Positions 62,661-64,000 of a stretch of DNA of 64,000 nucleotides are shown piece after piece. The stretch lies in the NCBI GenBank assembly GCA_030264375.1, contig JASCQW010000061.1:72498939-72562938 (forward strand). The letters are read 5' to 3'. This DNA comes from Carcharhinus longimanus (Eukaryota). The translations under genes and the position numbers were made by a program. The notes under the pieces were generated by a model. That model had not been told where the DNA came from, made no database searches, and saw nothing but the letters and a program-made list of their open reading frames with translations. Every line of letters begins with the position of its first letter. The first letter of the stretch is position 1.

Positions 62661-64000
62661 ATGTTTTCCCAGAGCAACGTTCCTCCTACATTGACAAGAT
62701 TTNNNNNNNNNNNNNNNNNNNNNNNNNNNNNNNNNNNNNNNNNNNNNNNNNNNNNNNNNNNNNNNNNNNNNNNNNNNNNNNNNNNNNNNNNNNNNNNNNN
62801 NNTTCCGCCCATAAGGAAACTCTGAGTGACACTACTCAATTACTCTCAAATTACAGACAATTTTTGCTGTGCACTCATGTCCCTTGGGAGGAGTTTACAA
62901 ATTATTTGGGATGTCTAAATTACTGAAAATCCTTGACAGCAACCAAAGAGAGAAGAGATTTTCATCTCATTGCTCTTGACCTCAGGGTGAAATTACATGG
63001 TTCCAGTCCAGCCTCTGTTGATATAATGGAGCAATGTGGCTGGAAAAAAGAAAGTCTTATTTTATTTTCTCATCATATGTTATCGCATGAGGACAAAATG
63101 AGCCAGTTTGGGCAATATGTTGGCCACTGCTTTTGCAATTTGTCTTTACCGAAATGGAGATGCAGTAATTGGAACTTCCACTACTAATAAGTACAGTAAT
63201 GTTAAATGAATGATTGAAAACATCAAACCAAAATGATAAATTACCAGATAAAAAGAGTATGGCTTTAAATAGTTTTCAAAAGGTTATATCAAATTTTCCA
63301 ATAAATGACTGTTGCTATTTCAATAAAATGGGCAAATTTGGAAATGCGCATTTTGACACAAACTGTAACAACTTAATAAGTAAATTACTGGAACATTGAT
63401 AGTTCAGTTATGAATTCAGCAACCTGATTTAATAGGGTGGATTTTAACTTGGGGCAGGGGATATCTGGGTTGGGGGGCTGCATTGCTCCTTGAAGAGCTG
63501 AGAGGAAAGTCTCTGTTTCTTTCTGTACTCATTAAGGAAATGTTTTAGTTTACTGGAGGGTCTCATTGGCCTTCCTTCCATCTAGCAGGCATGTCGTGGT
63601 AGCTTTTGTCTTGCTGGCCCATGTTAAAATACCAATGGAGTCCAATTGATATAACAATGGACTGACTTGGATGGATCCATAAGGCTGCAGCTTGCTTTAG
63701 GAGTGAACTCTGTTCACCTGGAGAACCCTACTGGTTAATATTGAAGACCCGCAGAATTGTCGAGATTGGAGCAGGAAGAAACTTGCACATTTTTAACTGT
63801 CCATCTATCTCGTTTCCACCAGGTCTGTAGGACTTAATATCGACCGTTTAACCTTAGCCATGCCCTAAATGAGAAAGACCTACCATGTTAAAAGCAATGC
63901 TAATTGGAGAAAATAATAACTTTGGAAAGTCTTAAATCAACTCAGTAATGTTTGTTTACAACTGGGTCACCAAAGAAGCTTTTCCTTTAAATTCTGACAA

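Overview
Eukaryotic, repeat-dominated draft-assembly DNA. It contains many N gaps, mostly 100-N placeholders, plus one of about 711 N. The repeat content points to a cartilaginous fish (shark): HE1/V-SINEs, CR1/HER1-type LINEs, Rex1/Babar and L2 LINEs, Penelope-like hairpin remnants and PIF/Harbinger elements. No intact long coding gene, rRNA, true tRNA gene or CRISPR array is visible. The best host-gene signal is a probable last coding exon of an unidentified + strand gene at 480-531, followed by a UTR-like tract. A few isolated splice-flanked open frames are only weak candidates. The most interesting structure is retroelement biology: one V-SINE body carrying two different 3' tails, two further SINE types with different LINE-like tails, Penelope-type fold-back inserts and a hammerhead-like core, a minisatellite built from a SINE promoter head, and a dead Harbinger transposase beside non-autonomous elements with TIRs and target-site duplications. 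I found no convincing novel gene system. Family names come from recalled consensus features rather than a database search, and repeat boundaries are approximate.
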